A DNA stretch of 62,177 nucleotides, from the IMG/VR virus record IMGVR_UViG_3300022208_000003, positions 1-62,177 of that record; one strand, written 5' to 3'. Shown here one piece after another: positions 8,456-19,822 of the stretch. The DNA comes from a virus (Duplodnaviria; Caudoviricetes). Position 1 is the stretch's first letter, and each line of letters starts with the position of its first letter. The notes below the pieces were generated by a model. It did not search any database. It saw nothing but the letters and a program-made list of their open reading frames with translations, and was not told where the DNA came from. A program made the translations under genes and the position numbers.

Positions 8456-9339
8456 TAGAAACCTCTGTTAACCAAGATACAATCGTACTGTGCCGAACTT
8501 TCCTCCTCATTCAACCTAAAAACGAGGTAATCAAGACTGTTTGGAGCTGTTGATAATGTCGGGGAAGGAACGTCGGTACTAAATCTTACCATCGTGCCCC
8601 AAGTTACCGTCCGAGATCCTACCCCATCCTGACGAAGCCTTAATACTATCTCCTGGCCATCTATTCCGTTGATAAAATTTATCGTCGGATCGCCGGTTAG
8701 AGTGACGTCGGCAACGTTGTAAGAGTCAAGATCGAGATTTATCGTTGCCCCGTAAGAAACAACCGTAGTGTCTACTTGACCACTCCTGATCGTAACGTTT
8801 GTACGATCATTTACGGCGTCATCAGAGGCTACGACGGGATTTCCTGCAAAGTTTAGCGTTGCCCGTCTCGTTAAGGCCGTCCCGCCTTGATTTTTTATAT
8901 AATGAGGCCTTACGGGGAGGTGCACAAAAAATATATCGTTTGAGGAAGTATTTCGATAGGCCAGAACGACTCTGCCGAGCGTAAGGAAATTTGAAGCAGC
9001 TCCAGTTGCGACGGTAGCGAGTGCTTTGCTTAGTACAGCTCCGTTAGTCTCGCTAAGCGTGACATAAAAAAATTGATTATCGCTTATCGTTATTGAGCTT
9101 GCCGCGATAGTATTCTCAATTGCTTGGCCGTCTGCCCGATTAAAGACAATCCTAATGGTTCCGTCCCATGATAGAGTGTTAGTGCTCGGACTCCAGGTGA
9201 AGTTTCCGTCACAGTGGACTATAAGATTTCCTGTCGCATAGGTTATTGCTTTATCGAGCTCCGACAATGGAGCGTTCATATCAGGGGCAGAAAACCCTGT
9301 TGAATCGTCTACGTAAGCTGTATGGAGATTAGTTCCCAT
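8455..9339 (-). CDS. Tail fibre / receptor-binding-type protein
   Basis: C-terminal LRLRQDGVGSRTVTW...LSTAPNSLD domain typical of phage tail proteins; position. Confidence 0.7.
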   Translation of the reverse strand: MGTNLHTAYVDDSTGFSAPDMNAPLSELDKAITYATGNLIVHCDGNFTWSPSTNTLSWDGTIRIVFNRADGQAIENTIAASSITISDNQFFYVTLSETNGAVLSKALATVATGAASNFLTLGRVVLAYRNTSSNDIFFVHLPVRPHYIKNQGGTALTRRATLNFAGNPVVASDDAVNDRTNVTIRSGQVDTTVVSYGATINLDLDSYNVADVTLTGDPTINFINGIDGQEIVLRLRQDGVGSRTVTWGTMVRFSTDVPSPTLSTAPNSLDYLVFRLNEEESSAQYDCILVNRGF

Positions 9340-9538
9340 TCATAAATCCTTTAAGCATTTCGCCAACTTTTGGATTTGTTTTAGCTACCATATCAAACAC
9401 TTGGTTCTTTTGTCGCTCGTTAATTTCAAGCGCTCTTTTCTGGGCTGACCTGGCATCTGAGATAAAGCATTCTATTAGAGAATTTGTCTTTTTCTGCTCT
9501 TCGATTAATATCTTTAGCAAATCTTTAATATCATTCAT
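9329..9538 (-). CDS. Hypothetical protein
   Basis: 69 aa, translationally coupled. Confidence 0.6.
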   Translation of the reverse strand: MNDIKDLLKILIEEQKKTNSLIECFISDARSAQKRALEINERQKNQVFDMVAKTNPKVGEMLKGFMNGN

Positions 9539-10620
9539 TACATTGGATCTCCTGAAATATCAAGAAGAACTATTACCGTGATCCCTGTCGCATAGCTCCC
9601 AGATACGGTAAAAGTTATAGACGCTGTTTGATCGGTACTATCGTGGTTTCGTGTATAGCCAAAAACTGTGGAAGCACTCACCCCCATATATTTGCTAATG
9701 TATGTCGAGGATGAATTGCCGGCCTGGTCATCAACCTCTCCTGTCCCTGATGATATAGTCGCGGTGATATACCACCCGAGACCGGTTCCTATTATCTGGT
9801 TTCCATATTGATCGTATGCCGTAACTGTAATCGTTGTGCTGGTTTCGCCCCAGTCTAGTGTTGAGTCTGCAGCAACTACCGTCAAGCTTGTGAGAGTTGG
9901 CGGGTAGTAAGTCTGATTAAACGCTGATTTTTTAATTGCCGTTGTAGCTGCAGTTATCAATATCCAGCCAACTTGGAGATGGTTGCTAGGTACAGATGGA
10001 AGCGAAGGGCTATCTGAGGCAGTGCCCTTGACGACGTCAAAAACCAAATCAGAACCGACAACAACCAAATCGTAACGAGCCCCACTCAAAGGGGCAGCAT
10101 CGATATTTAGTATCTCGGCAACGCTCCCCATTTTTAGGCCATAGCCCATTATCATTTTTGCCGGAGAAGTCATTTTGAGATAGATGACAGCTGATGTCGT
10201 CCCGGAAAATCTTACCCTTCCGTCGCTTACAGCAACTTTCATTACGTCGCGATTTGGAATTTCTAGAAGCTGCAATCCTGTTGTGATTGCATCTGGAGGA
10301 GTAGGGATAACCGGTCCTGGTGACCCTGCCTGTGGGCTGGCAAGAACCATGGAACTATCAAATATTTCAAGCCTCCCACGGTTTCCTCCGGTGTGTCTTA
10401 ATTGTACACCTTGCCCGACACGCAACCATAAAGGCTTTTCCTTGCTATTTTTTGTGTAATAACAAGTTATTAGCTCATCTGATCCCTGTATCTTAACGGT
10501 TGCAGTGCTGCCACTAACACTATAAAGCGTTGCGTATTTGGTCTCTGTGTGATTTTGCGCCTCCTCCCTCATTTTATTACGTAGAGGCTTTTTACCGTAA
10601 AATCTCACGTAATCACCCAC
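9538..10620 (-). CDS. Minor tail protein with a C-terminal Ig-like domain
   Basis: Position; ITVTAYDQYGN Ig-like motif. Confidence 0.7.
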   Translation of the reverse strand: MGDYVRFYGKKPLRNKMREEAQNHTETKYATLYSVSGSTATVKIQGSDELITCYYTKNSKEKPLWLRVGQGVQLRHTGGNRGRLEIFDSSMVLASPQAGSPGPVIPTPPDAITTGLQLLEIPNRDVMKVAVSDGRVRFSGTTSAVIYLKMTSPAKMIMGYGLKMGSVAEILNIDAAPLSGARYDLVVVGSDLVFDVVKGTASDSPSLPSVPSNHLQVGWILITAATTAIKKSAFNQTYYPPTLTSLTVVAADSTLDWGETSTTITVTAYDQYGNQIIGTGLGWYITATISSGTGEVDDQAGNSSSTYISKYMGVSASTVFGYTRNHDSTDQTASITFTVSGSYATGITVIVLLDISGDPM

Positions 10621-13600
10621 CCGTTAAGTTCATCAAAAAATCCTCCGTCATTTTCTCCGCCATCACGAGATGATTTTCTAAACCTCCTCGTAATATCGGT
10701 AACGAACATCTTCATATTCTCCCCGGAAAACGGATGAGGAAAAACTATCGTGTCGCCTTCTTCATCTTGGAGATGCGCTATTTTCTTAATTCCAAGAGAA
10801 TTTCTTTGTAGCCTCACAATCATTATCTCAAAGTCAGCTACGAATTGGCAATCTGCTGTTGAATAGCAAAGGTCATCGTTTATTTGCTGCTCAACTACGT
10901 AACCGGTCTCCGTTTGATTAACGCTATCATCGGCAACCGCCTCAAGGCTGTATCTTACGTCTCCGTATGGGAACCCGTGGATTACGTAAGAGAAAGAGGT
11001 AACAGATCCAAGTATATTGAGAGCCCACCAGCACGCAAACGCCCTGATAAATGACCCCACAGGAATAGTATAAGCTCCAATCGGAATATCACCGATAAAG
11101 TACGCTGCAACAAGCAAGGCAAGGGCGAGAATAAGTTCAAGGACTAAATTTGGGCAATCAACAACAACTATACAATACAACCCGTTTGGATCTTCGAAAG
11201 TAAGCTCCTCAGTAACCGATCCATCAAAAGCAAATGCCGCGCTCGTAGCAGTTTCAACAACTTCAAGCCTAATATTTTGAGCTCTGCGGTTTCTATCTTC
11301 AGAATAATAAACGGTATAAGATTTAGACCCTCCCCACCAGCCGACTGTTCCGTTAAGATCGGCAAGCGCTTCTTCCTCAGTTGAAAGCTGACTGCCGGTT
11401 TGCTCTTGACCGAAAACACGTATTCTATTGATATTGTTACTATAAGTATTGTCAGGATTGAAGGTTAATAGTTTTGTCGTGTCATAATACGTGTGATCTG
11501 TAGAGTTAGATTCATCAATCTTTCTTGCAGTATACACCCCGTCAACGTCTATTGTAAAATAATATCCGAATCTATTACAAATTTTATTTATAACCTCTTC
11601 GACTGTAACGTCTACAAACTGATGCGACAGAGTGTCAAGAGACATTGTCGGCATGCTGATATCTCCTGAATCAATTCCGGCATAGTTTTGCAAAATGCTT
11701 GAAATAATAGCTTGAGGAGTTGAGCTGTAAGATGAGCTTACAAGTATTTTCTTATCTGTCCAAAACGTTCTATCGTCTTCACACTTTACCTGCAGTTTAC
11801 TGTATGTTCCCCTCTCGTAGCTTGTAGTTGCAGAGGTTACATAAAATTCTCCCATGTTTTGCCAGACAGGTGTTCCGCTAATGTTCTCGCCAAACTGGAG
11901 AGTTATTTTCCGCCCTTTTTTAAACGCTTGCCGGTAAATTGAACTTGTGTTGAAAGGGTCAAAAAGATGGCCATGTGAGCACGAAAATTCAAGCGTGTTT
12001 GGAGACCCGTCAATTGATCTCTTAACTACTACGTCTTGATCAGTAACCAGGTAATTGTTAAGCGTTATCGCTGATCCGTCTACGTCCCACTTTATCGCAT
12101 AGTCTGCAGTAGGCCGGCGATCGTTACTCTGCCAAAAGCAAAACATCGTATCATCAGCGTCAACAGATCCAACAGTGTCAAAGTCCCCCAAACCCTGAAC
12201 AAGGATAAGCTCTGGGTCCCAATCCCAATGGTCAACGTTATAAGTTCCTGTTTGATAGTAACTCTTAATTATAGAACCAACACTGGGAAACATGACAACG
12301 CCTGAATAAGGCTCTGAGATACCATGGTAGCCTGCGAATATATATCCGTTTACAGAGTCGTAAGCGCTGCAGCGAAACGAATAATTTCCATCAGGGATCA
12401 TGTCTGAAATCGTTTCGTTGCTGAATAATTGCCACGAGTTACTAGATATATTGTAAATTGATACGCCGTAGTCAAAATGAGTTATTATTAGCGTATTTGA
12501 TTCGCCCGGCTCGATGGATGTTATCTGGTAATCGTCAATAGTAGCCCAGGTTGGACGGTGATAAGTACATTGCCTGGTGGTAAGATTTATTTTTAAAAGA
12601 CCGCGAAGATTTTCTTGTCCATACCCTGACTCATAAGGGAATGACGCGAAGAGATATCCGCCATGATAGCAAATATTCTCAACTCCCCATTTAGGAAAGT
12701 TTGGATCGTTTGCGTTTCGATAATCATCGAGATATACTCCGGCAGCGCTATAAACTCTTAAGCCACCGCCACCGAACAGATTGTAATTTCCACATATAAA
12801 AATGTACCCATCACTTGGGTATGCTCTCATTTCGCATTCGTTTATAAAGCCTAAACTTACACTTCCTTGTTCTTCCACCAGAACAGTATAGGTAAAAGGA
12901 GGAGAGGTATCGCTAAGATTAAAATATCCGATCTGCAAGTCAACACTCGCTCCGGTATAAAACAACCAAAATAAATAAAGTTTTCCGCTTGCAGAGTCAA
13001 CTTGAGCGGTGCGGAGGTATTGAGCGTTTCTGTATTGAGTCCAATCGGTATTTTTTATATATCCTTCTGCGGCATAGTCTCGAAAATAATATTTTGTTAT
13101 CGTATTATCTTCGCCATTTAGCAGATTAAGCGCGTTTGATGCTTGATCATAAACAGGTATTAGATGAGCATCTCCGATATATCGGCCATAGAGAGAGCCC
13201 ATGGTTTCGTCAAGACGCGGGGAAGTAGTTGTACGGTCCCAGTATGTTTCGGTAGACCAGTTTTCAACGTCAATCTTTACTATACTTTGTACGAGTTTAG
13301 TCCCTGTAAACGAGTACATACAAACTGCATACAGCATGCTGTTTGCCGCATCCCAACTAAGCTCATACGCCCAATCGCTATAAGCCCCGCTTGGCCAGCC
13401 TGCTGCCGAATTATCTATCCTGAGAGAGCCTATAATCCTTGTGTAAAGAGCGTAAAGGACCCCAGTGTTTCTTAGGACCGCAAGACAATGATTCGAAGTA
13501 TTTGAAAACGTGGTTGAGAAAGTGATTGCCGTCGGCGCGTCCCAAGTCGATCCGTCGTCAGAACTTGTCATGTAATAGATGTTTGTCAGGTTTGCCATGC

Positions 13601-14936
13601 TATCATTAACAGCGTCTGTGTAGGCAAAAAACATCATTATATCGTCGTTATTAAGCCTCGTCAGAGTAGGACTATCCTTAAGGCGCGATGGTTCAAGCGC
13701 GCCAAGATTTATTGCTGATTCACTGCCCCACGTAACAAAGTCAGCAGATGTCCTCTCGTAAATTGCATATGAACTTCCTCCTGAAACAGCTTCAATCGTA
13801 GCGTTTATTCCACCTGAAAATGCAGTGTAAGAATAATGATCAGTGTCTGGTGTTAGAGCAATACTGTTTCCTGCTGTCCCGGCAACCAAGGCATAAAGTA
13901 TTATTTGAGTGTTAACCCTAACTCCATCAGCCGAGGCGTTTGCCGTGGTTCCTGTTCCGTATCTTACCCCCTCGCCTAGCCCTTCGTAGGTAGTGTCGAG
14001 TATTGCGCAAAGTAAATTCTGTTGGGTAATCTCCAGGCTTAGCTCGTCAATTACAACCTCGTTGGGGTTGCCCCCGCCAACAAGAGCATCTTTAAACGTA
14101 TATGTTGTGGCGCCAACAATTACCGTATTCCCATCATGAGGGAGGCTTGTCATCGTGAGAGTCGCAGAAGCCTCAACAGCGTTGAATGCCTTGAAATCAA
14201 ACACTTGTCCTGCGCTATAGCTTCCGGCTGTAAATGTAATCGTTGCTCCATCAGAAAGAGATTGAGCGGCGCCAGTCATCTGGATAGGCGCACTATACGA
14301 CGTACCTGTTTTCTTCCACTTAAACCATGCTGTCGTCTGAGTACCGCTCTGGGTGACGTACATTGTAAACGTGGTCGGCACTGTTCCGGTATAAGTTCCT
14401 CCACTTGTAGGCTGAGTATAAGAGGAATCTCTTGCGTAAACCAAAAGATAATTCGATGCCGTCCTTTTTACCCAAAAGTGAGAAAAATTAAGTATCGTGC
14501 TGTAAGTTGCTATTGTTCCAGATGAAACGTTTGTTCCTGAAGTGGTTATTATTTTATATTTAAGTAGTTTATTGGCTCCGTGATCAATATAAATTATCCC
14601 TAGATTCCCGTTATCGAGCTGCTCAACCGTTGCCCCATATACTAGAGCTTGTAGGTTTATAGTAAATGCTGTTTCAAAAAATGTTCTGTCGGAATCTGAG
14701 ATATAAAATTTTAGGCCACGGTTGTTGACGTCAAGAAGATAATGGTAGCAAACGAGAATACGGCCGTCAGCCAATGCGAGAGAAACAGGAGCTGTTTCTA
14801 CTTCAGAGGTACCGGTGAGGAATGTTCCATCAAAAGGAATATCGGCGAGCTTTTGGCCGGCAATCAAATTTATGAGAGGTTTGCGCGATGTATAATCCTG
14901 CGCTGCTTGTAGCCCGCCGGCTAGAGTGATAGCCAT
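10605..14936 (-). CDS. Large tail-tip/hub protein with Asp-box (BNR) beta-propeller regions
   Basis: 1443 aa after the distal tail gene; SSDDGSTW and TSADFVTW Asp-boxes; hub-like C-terminal half. Confidence 0.75.
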   Translation of the reverse strand: MAITLAGGLQAAQDYTSRKPLINLIAGQKLADIPFDGTFLTGTSEVETAPVSLALADGRILVCYHYLLDVNNRGLKFYISDSDRTFFETAFTINLQALVYGATVEQLDNGNLGIIYIDHGANKLLKYKIITTSGTNVSSGTIATYSTILNFSHFWVKRTASNYLLVYARDSSYTQPTSGGTYTGTVPTTFTMYVTQSGTQTTAWFKWKKTGTSYSAPIQMTGAAQSLSDGATITFTAGSYSAGQVFDFKAFNAVEASATLTMTSLPHDGNTVIVGATTYTFKDALVGGGNPNEVVIDELSLEITQQNLLCAILDTTYEGLGEGVRYGTGTTANASADGVRVNTQIILYALVAGTAGNSIALTPDTDHYSYTAFSGGINATIEAVSGGSSYAIYERTSADFVTWGSESAINLGALEPSRLKDSPTLTRLNNDDIMMFFAYTDAVNDSMANLTNIYYMTSSDDGSTWDAPTAITFSTTFSNTSNHCLAVLRNTGVLYALYTRIIGSLRIDNSAAGWPSGAYSDWAYELSWDAANSMLYAVCMYSFTGTKLVQSIVKIDVENWSTETYWDRTTTSPRLDETMGSLYGRYIGDAHLIPVYDQASNALNLLNGEDNTITKYYFRDYAAEGYIKNTDWTQYRNAQYLRTAQVDSASGKLYLFWLFYTGASVDLQIGYFNLSDTSPPFTYTVLVEEQGSVSLGFINECEMRAYPSDGYIFICGNYNLFGGGGLRVYSAAGVYLDDYRNANDPNFPKWGVENICYHGGYLFASFPYESGYGQENLRGLLKINLTTRQCTYHRPTWATIDDYQITSIEPGESNTLIITHFDYGVSIYNISSNSWQLFSNETISDMIPDGNYSFRCSAYDSVNGYIFAGYHGISEPYSGVVMFPSVGSIIKSYYQTGTYNVDHWDWDPELILVQGLGDFDTVGSVDADDTMFCFWQSNDRRPTADYAIKWDVDGSAITLNNYLVTDQDVVVKRSIDGSPNTLEFSCSHGHLFDPFNTSSIYRQAFKKGRKITLQFGENISGTPVWQNMGEFYVTSATTSYERGTYSKLQVKCEDDRTFWTDKKILVSSSYSSTPQAIISSILQNYAGIDSGDISMPTMSLDTLSHQFVDVTVEEVINKICNRFGYYFTIDVDGVYTARKIDESNSTDHTYYDTTKLLTFNPDNTYSNNINRIRVFGQEQTGSQLSTEEEALADLNGTVGWWGGSKSYTVYYSEDRNRRAQNIRLEVVETATSAAFAFDGSVTEELTFEDPNGLYCIVVVDCPNLVLELILALALLVAAYFIGDIPIGAYTIPVGSFIRAFACWWALNILGSVTSFSYVIHGFPYGDVRYSLEAVADDSVNQTETGYVVEQQINDDLCYSTADCQFVADFEIMIVRLQRNSLGIKKIAHLQDEEGDTIVFPHPFSGENMKMFVTDITRRFRKSSRDGGENDGGFFDELNGWVIT

Positions 14937-15301
14937 TATACCTCCGATAGAATCAATAGTGTAAGTTTCACATTAAGCCTCTTTCCATTGGTATCGCGGC
15001 CCATAAAATAAGTACTGTCAAGACTGGTTAATTCTACATTGTAGGTTGAGCCTCCACCGTCGTTTGGATCGAAAACAACCGCCGAGTCTGCCTCATAGAT
15101 CGCTTTGAGAGTGTTAAACTCAGGGTTGTTCATGTAAGGCCAAGTCAACTCAATTTCTTTGCCGACGATATCAAGCCCCCAAGAAAAATGCGCGACTCCT
15201 GAATAGGTGAGGACAAAGGTGTTGTACCTCACGTCCTCCACTGGTGTCATGGATGCCGGATTTCTCGTGAATGTTAAAGCTCCAACGCTTATAAGCCCCA
15301 T
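14936..15301 (-). CDS. Distal tail-type protein
   Basis: 121 aa immediately after the tape measure gene. Confidence 0.6.
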   Translation of the reverse strand: MGLISVGALTFTRNPASMTPVEDVRYNTFVLTYSGVAHFSWGLDIVGKEIELTWPYMNNPEFNTLKAIYEADSAVVFDPNDGGGSTYNVELTSLDSTYFMGRDTNGKRLNVKLTLLILSEV

Positions 15302-18300
15302 TAGCTAAACCTCTTGACAACGTCCATTACGGTTGATTCTATGCCGCCCTGCAGTTCTGATCTAAATCTTTTCGAGAAGCTTGGATCTAGGGCGATGGGA
15401 ACGCTTATGTTGACTCCCCCTCCCCCCTCTTGTGCAGATCCACCCATCTTCCAGCGCTCGTAATCTGCGAGTTGTTTATTTTGTGCGTTTACGTCTTTGC
15501 GGGATGTTACCCTTTCTCCGGTCTGCAGTATTGCAGGGAACTCGTCAGGCTTTAACCCATTATGCAGTTTTGGAGGCTGATAGGCAGGAGACATTCCGCT
15601 GTGAAATTTAGGCGGTCTATATGAAGGCTCCATTCCATCATGGAAAAATCCTCCACCTCCTCCACCTCCACCAGTAAAAGCCATTATAGATCTAACTAGC
15701 AATGCTCTTATCTGAATCCTTAGAAGGTCGGCAAGGATAGATTTTGCCATATCTTCGACTGAAGTCTTTCCAGTAGTTGCCAATTCAACCAAAGAATCTT
15801 CTATTGTCTGCAGAGATCTGGTCGCAAATCCTTTCGCTTGCTCAAAACTATTAAGAACGCTTTTTGAATATTCGTTCCAAGCTTCCTTCATCCCATCAAC
15901 CCAAGTTTTATCTTGGAGTAGGTTTTTCTGCTCGATAATAGCCGCGTTTATCTGCTGTATCTGCATAAGCTGCTCTTGACGTGCAAGAGTTGCTTCAGCA
16001 GATGTCCCGATAACTTGGTCGTGGAGTTGCTGGCGAATGGCGAGCTCTTGTTGTAGGACTTCAAGAGTTTGCGCGGCAGCTTCCGGTTCTGTTATTTGAT
16101 CAGCAGCCTTCTTTAGTTCTATTGCCCCTTTTTCAAGTTCGAGGCGGTTAAACATTACCTCTTGAAGTTGCTGTTCTTTTTTTATTCTTTCTTCGTATTC
16201 TTTGTTAAGGGCTTCCGTGATTTTTTGTATCTCTGAGGAAACAATTGATTGTCTCGCTTCTTGATATGTATTGTTTAAATTTTCAAGAGCTTTTTGATAC
16301 TCAACTGATTTGTCAGAATTTCTTTTATACCAGTCTCCAAGAGTCTGGAGGTCCATTTTGTATTGTTTTTGAAGCGATTGCAGCGGAAGAAGTCTATCTA
16401 ATAATGCGTCTTGTTCTTCACGGTATTTCTTTTCTGCTGCAGCAAGCTCTTGAAGAATCTTAGCGCGTTCTCTTTCTGCAAAAGCCGCATCTTTTTGTTT
16501 TCTTGAGTATTCATCAGTTGACTCGGCCAACATTTGAGCAATTATTTTTGCCCGGTCAGCCATTTTCTCATCAAACTCGATGTTTATTTTTACCTTTTCA
16601 TCTTTAAAGTTTTTACCTATCTCATCTCTCATTTTACCTGCAATTTCACGCAGCCTATCTGCCGCGTCTTTACTGATAAAATCAAGCCCTTTTGCCATTA
16701 ATTCATTTGTTTTTGCTTGCTTAAGCAATAGTAAATCAAAAACTCCACTCCATCCATTACTTATCCCTGCAATTACTATTTTTGCGACTCTTTCAAGCTC
16801 ATAAAATCCTCTTATTGTCCAATCTACAAAGTAGACTCCGGCGATACGTGCAATCTCGAAGTTATCTACTAGCAGTTTTCCTACTTCCCAACCTACAAAC
16901 CCGGCGAAAGCTATATTGACTGCGCTGTTTAGGTTTAAAAAAGATCCTCTCGACTTCTTGGCTGCATCGCTTGCCTTGTTCATGGCAGCTGTATTAGCTG
17001 CCGAAGCCGTGGCTAAACTTGCCTGAGCTGATGCGCTTTTGTTCGTTGCCGCTTGTAATTCAGCTTGGGCTGCTGCAAATTTTGTTGTTGCTGCTGCCCC
17101 CAATGCTTGCTCGTCTGCTATCGCTTTTGCTTTGGTGGCTGCTATGCTTTCACCTGTTGCTGTTGCAAGCGCTTGCTGAGCTGATGCATTCGCTACCGTA
17201 GCCGCCCTAAGCTCCGCCTGGGCGACGGCTGCTTCTCTTGAAGCAACGGCAAATCTTTGCTCTAAGATAGCATTATCATTCAAAACATTTGCTTCCTGCA
17301 ACAGGGTTGTTATCTGATTTTTCTCAATATTTATTTGGTCAAATTTTGCCTGTGCAGATGCCAAAGACGCTTCCGTATTTGCAGCTTGAGCCTTAGCATT
17401 ATTCAATGCCATTGCAGCAGCCTCGGCATTTACGGAAGCTTGTGCAGCAGTTGCCGCTGTGCTTTCTTGGATAGCCGTTGCAGTTGCAACGCTTACCTCA
17501 CCAAGTTGCATGTCTGCAGAAATTATAGAGTATTTTGCCTGCAAAGACTCAAGGTCGGCTTTTGCAGCGGCTGCGTTTGCTTCTGCTGCCGCTAAGGTCT
17601 CCTTCGCCGCAGTTGCTTCTGCCGCAGCTTTCATAGCCGTGGCTTGTGCGCTGTTGAGCATCACTGCATTCCCGGAAGCAACAGCATTATTGAGCTGTAC
17701 GGTTGCGGCGGCAGAATTATACATGCCCTTTATCCACGCACCAATTCCGGCAATTACGCCTGGGCCGATAAAGAGAGCATAATAGGCAGCTACTACTTTT
17801 ATAGAGCCTGCAGCGGCCGACGCGATCAACGACATAGCGCTGGCTATCTTCTCAATATCGGTTGAATCGAGCCCCTTAATCGATGAAGTTATATTTTCTA
17901 TTCCGTCAACCAGCGCATCTGTCATTCCGCTGGCTTTATCGAATTCTCCGACAAATTTCTGCCAATGGTTATTCGCAACCGTCAATGCCTGCCCTACAGT
18001 TTGAGGCATTTGGGCAAATTCACGGTCAATAGCTTCCCTTTGGCTAAGAATAGCGTCTATAACCCTTTTTGCTGTTAGCTCTCCTTCACTTCCCATTTCG
18101 CGCAATTTGCCAATAGAAACTCCCAATCCATCAGCTATCAATTGCGCAACTCTCGGGGTTTGCTCAAGAACAGAGTTCATTTCCTGGCCACGAAATGCGT
18201 TTGCTGCAAGTCCTTGTGATAACTGGATAAGAGCACCTGTCGATTCTGCTGTTGTTGCACCTGAAACGGTAAGAGCTTTATTTATTGATTCTGTAACCTG

Positions 18301-18678
18301 GAGCATATCGTTTTGTGATGCTCCAGTGGTTTGGGCTGCCCTAGCCATCCTGGCATAAAGGGTAAGAGTTCCTTCAAAAGCGTTTCTAGTATCGTTTGAT
18401 ATATCGAAAAGTCTTTTTTGGGCATCGGTAAACTCTTCCTGACTGCCGGTAACGAGCTTAAGACGACCCTCAAGGAGCCTCATGGTATCGGCAGTCTTAA
18501 CAATATCCTTTGCCAAATTAGCAATCTGAATACCGGCAAATATGCCGCCGATAGACGCGGCTGTTTTGGCGGCAAGTTTCTCCATCCTTCCGAATGAACT
18601 TTGAACTTGCCGCTCACCTTTACGGAGATCAGTCGCGTCTATTCCAAGGTTTACTATTAGTGTTCCGATAGTGGCCAT
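15301..18678 (-). CDS. Tail tape measure protein
   Basis: Tape-measure domain (IQLSQGLA...GQEMNSVLEQTP), Ala-rich helices, C-terminal FHxG repeats and PAILQTGERV. Confidence 0.93.
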   Translation of the reverse strand: MATIGTLIVNLGIDATDLRKGERQVQSSFGRMEKLAAKTAASIGGIFAGIQIANLAKDIVKTADTMRLLEGRLKLVTGSQEEFTDAQKRLFDISNDTRNAFEGTLTLYARMARAAQTTGASQNDMLQVTESINKALTVSGATTAESTGALIQLSQGLAANAFRGQEMNSVLEQTPRVAQLIADGLGVSIGKLREMGSEGELTAKRVIDAILSQREAIDREFAQMPQTVGQALTVANNHWQKFVGEFDKASGMTDALVDGIENITSSIKGLDSTDIEKIASAMSLIASAAAGSIKVVAAYYALFIGPGVIAGIGAWIKGMYNSAAATVQLNNAVASGNAVMLNSAQATAMKAAAEATAAKETLAAAEANAAAAKADLESLQAKYSIISADMQLGEVSVATATAIQESTAATAAQASVNAEAAAMALNNAKAQAANTEASLASAQAKFDQINIEKNQITTLLQEANVLNDNAILEQRFAVASREAAVAQAELRAATVANASAQQALATATGESIAATKAKAIADEQALGAAATTKFAAAQAELQAATNKSASAQASLATASAANTAAMNKASDAAKKSRGSFLNLNSAVNIAFAGFVGWEVGKLLVDNFEIARIAGVYFVDWTIRGFYELERVAKIVIAGISNGWSGVFDLLLLKQAKTNELMAKGLDFISKDAADRLREIAGKMRDEIGKNFKDEKVKINIEFDEKMADRAKIIAQMLAESTDEYSRKQKDAAFAERERAKILQELAAAEKKYREEQDALLDRLLPLQSLQKQYKMDLQTLGDWYKRNSDKSVEYQKALENLNNTYQEARQSIVSSEIQKITEALNKEYEERIKKEQQLQEVMFNRLELEKGAIELKKAADQITEPEAAAQTLEVLQQELAIRQQLHDQVIGTSAEATLARQEQLMQIQQINAAIIEQKNLLQDKTWVDGMKEAWNEYSKSVLNSFEQAKGFATRSLQTIEDSLVELATTGKTSVEDMAKSILADLLRIQIRALLVRSIMAFTGGGGGGGGFFHDGMEPSYRPPKFHSGMSPAYQPPKLHNGLKPDEFPAILQTGERVTSRKDVNAQNKQLADYERWKMGGSAQEGGGGVNISVPIALDPSFSKRFRSELQGGIESTVMDVVKRFS

Positions 18679-19363
18679 TATTTCTTTTTCATGCTCTTGA
18701 AAATATTTATTGCTGCCTGGTTATCCGCTCGCTCGTCTTTTTCTTCTTTATCTAGCTCCGTCGTTATCATAAAATCCTCTATACCAACGATCCTAGAGTC
18801 TTTACCTCTCATTCCATTTGCGAACTTTGCCGCGACAAGTGCAAGGTTTTGGTCCCGATGCCTGTCTCCCCATGGTTCAAGGTTGAAATAAGCCATCCAC
18901 TCGGCAATCTGGCCGGCAGTCAATACCCTCAACAAGTGGTCTGGGTGAGGGAACCCCAGGGCCAGTGCTAGTCTGAAGTAGAATCTTCGCTCTGGCCTGC
19001 TGATGAGTTTTTTGTGAGATCATCCACATCTTCTTTTGACATGCCGTTTATCCGCTGAGCGACTGCGAATACACGGTCAAGCGCTTTAGCCGATTTCTTT
19101 GCAAGGGCTCTCACGTCTTCAGGGTTAGGGAATAAGAGTCGTCCATTTTCATTGATCATGGTAGATGCACAGAGCTTTGCCCGGAAATTCTCCATGTTCG
19201 TTTCAACATCTTTTCCTTTTCTGGAAACAATCATTTCCTCGAATTTGTCCCTTTCTGCACCAGTCAGCATTTTGACTGTTATCTGTCCGCCCCATTCAGG
19301 AACATCAACCACTTCGGTCTTGATGTCCTGAGCCTGAAGAATTTGATCTTTCGATAAAAACAT
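18678..19363 (-). CDS. Tail assembly chaperone G (18968-19363) and GT via -1 programmed frameshift
   Basis: Slippery A AAA AAC at 19007-19013; the -1 frame (KLISRPERRFYFRLALALG...) runs into ORF 18678-18935. Confidence 0.88.
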
Positions 19364-19393
19364 ATTTACTCCTTGGTTAGATTGATTGCTTGA

Positions 19394-19813
19394 TTAGCTG
19401 CTAATGGTGACGTCTCCGGTTATCTTATAGGTTACGTCAACCGTGATTACCTCGTCAGGTCCGGGGACAGATCCACCAAGATCTGTTACAAACGCAGAGA
19501 AATCAATTGTTGTATTCCCGGTATCACCGAAGACTATCTGGTAATTTACCGCGCTGGTAGACTCGAAATCAGTATTCATGTCTATATAATCGTTTCTGGT
19601 GAAATACTGGGTAAGAGTCACTTCGCCTGAATCGCGCATACCTACTTGGAATTCTTTGATTGTCGAATCGAGATCTGATACGTCAATCGGAGCTCTTGTT
19701 CGAGATGGAAGGGAGATTGATTGTACCTCGCCAAGGGCGGTGAATACTTCGTTGCTTGTCCCATCACCTCTCTTAAAGGTCGTTCCTCGTCCTACTACTG
19801 CGTTAACACTCAT
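19394..19813 (-). CDS. Major tail tube protein
   Basis: 139 aa; IDVSDLDS...GMRDSGEVT pattern; position before the chaperone. Confidence 0.85.
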   Translation of the reverse strand: MSVNAVVGRGTTFKRGDGTSNEVFTALGEVQSISLPSRTRAPIDVSDLDSTIKEFQVGMRDSGEVTLTQYFTRNDYIDMNTDFESTSAVNYQIVFGDTGNTTIDFSAFVTDLGGSVPGPDEVITVDVTYKITGDVTISS

Positions 19814-19822
19814 GTTTTCCTC

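Noticed and set aside
8455-14936. Diversity-generating retroelement targeting tail genes
   Set aside because: No reverse transcriptase and no adenine-variant TR/VR pair noticed
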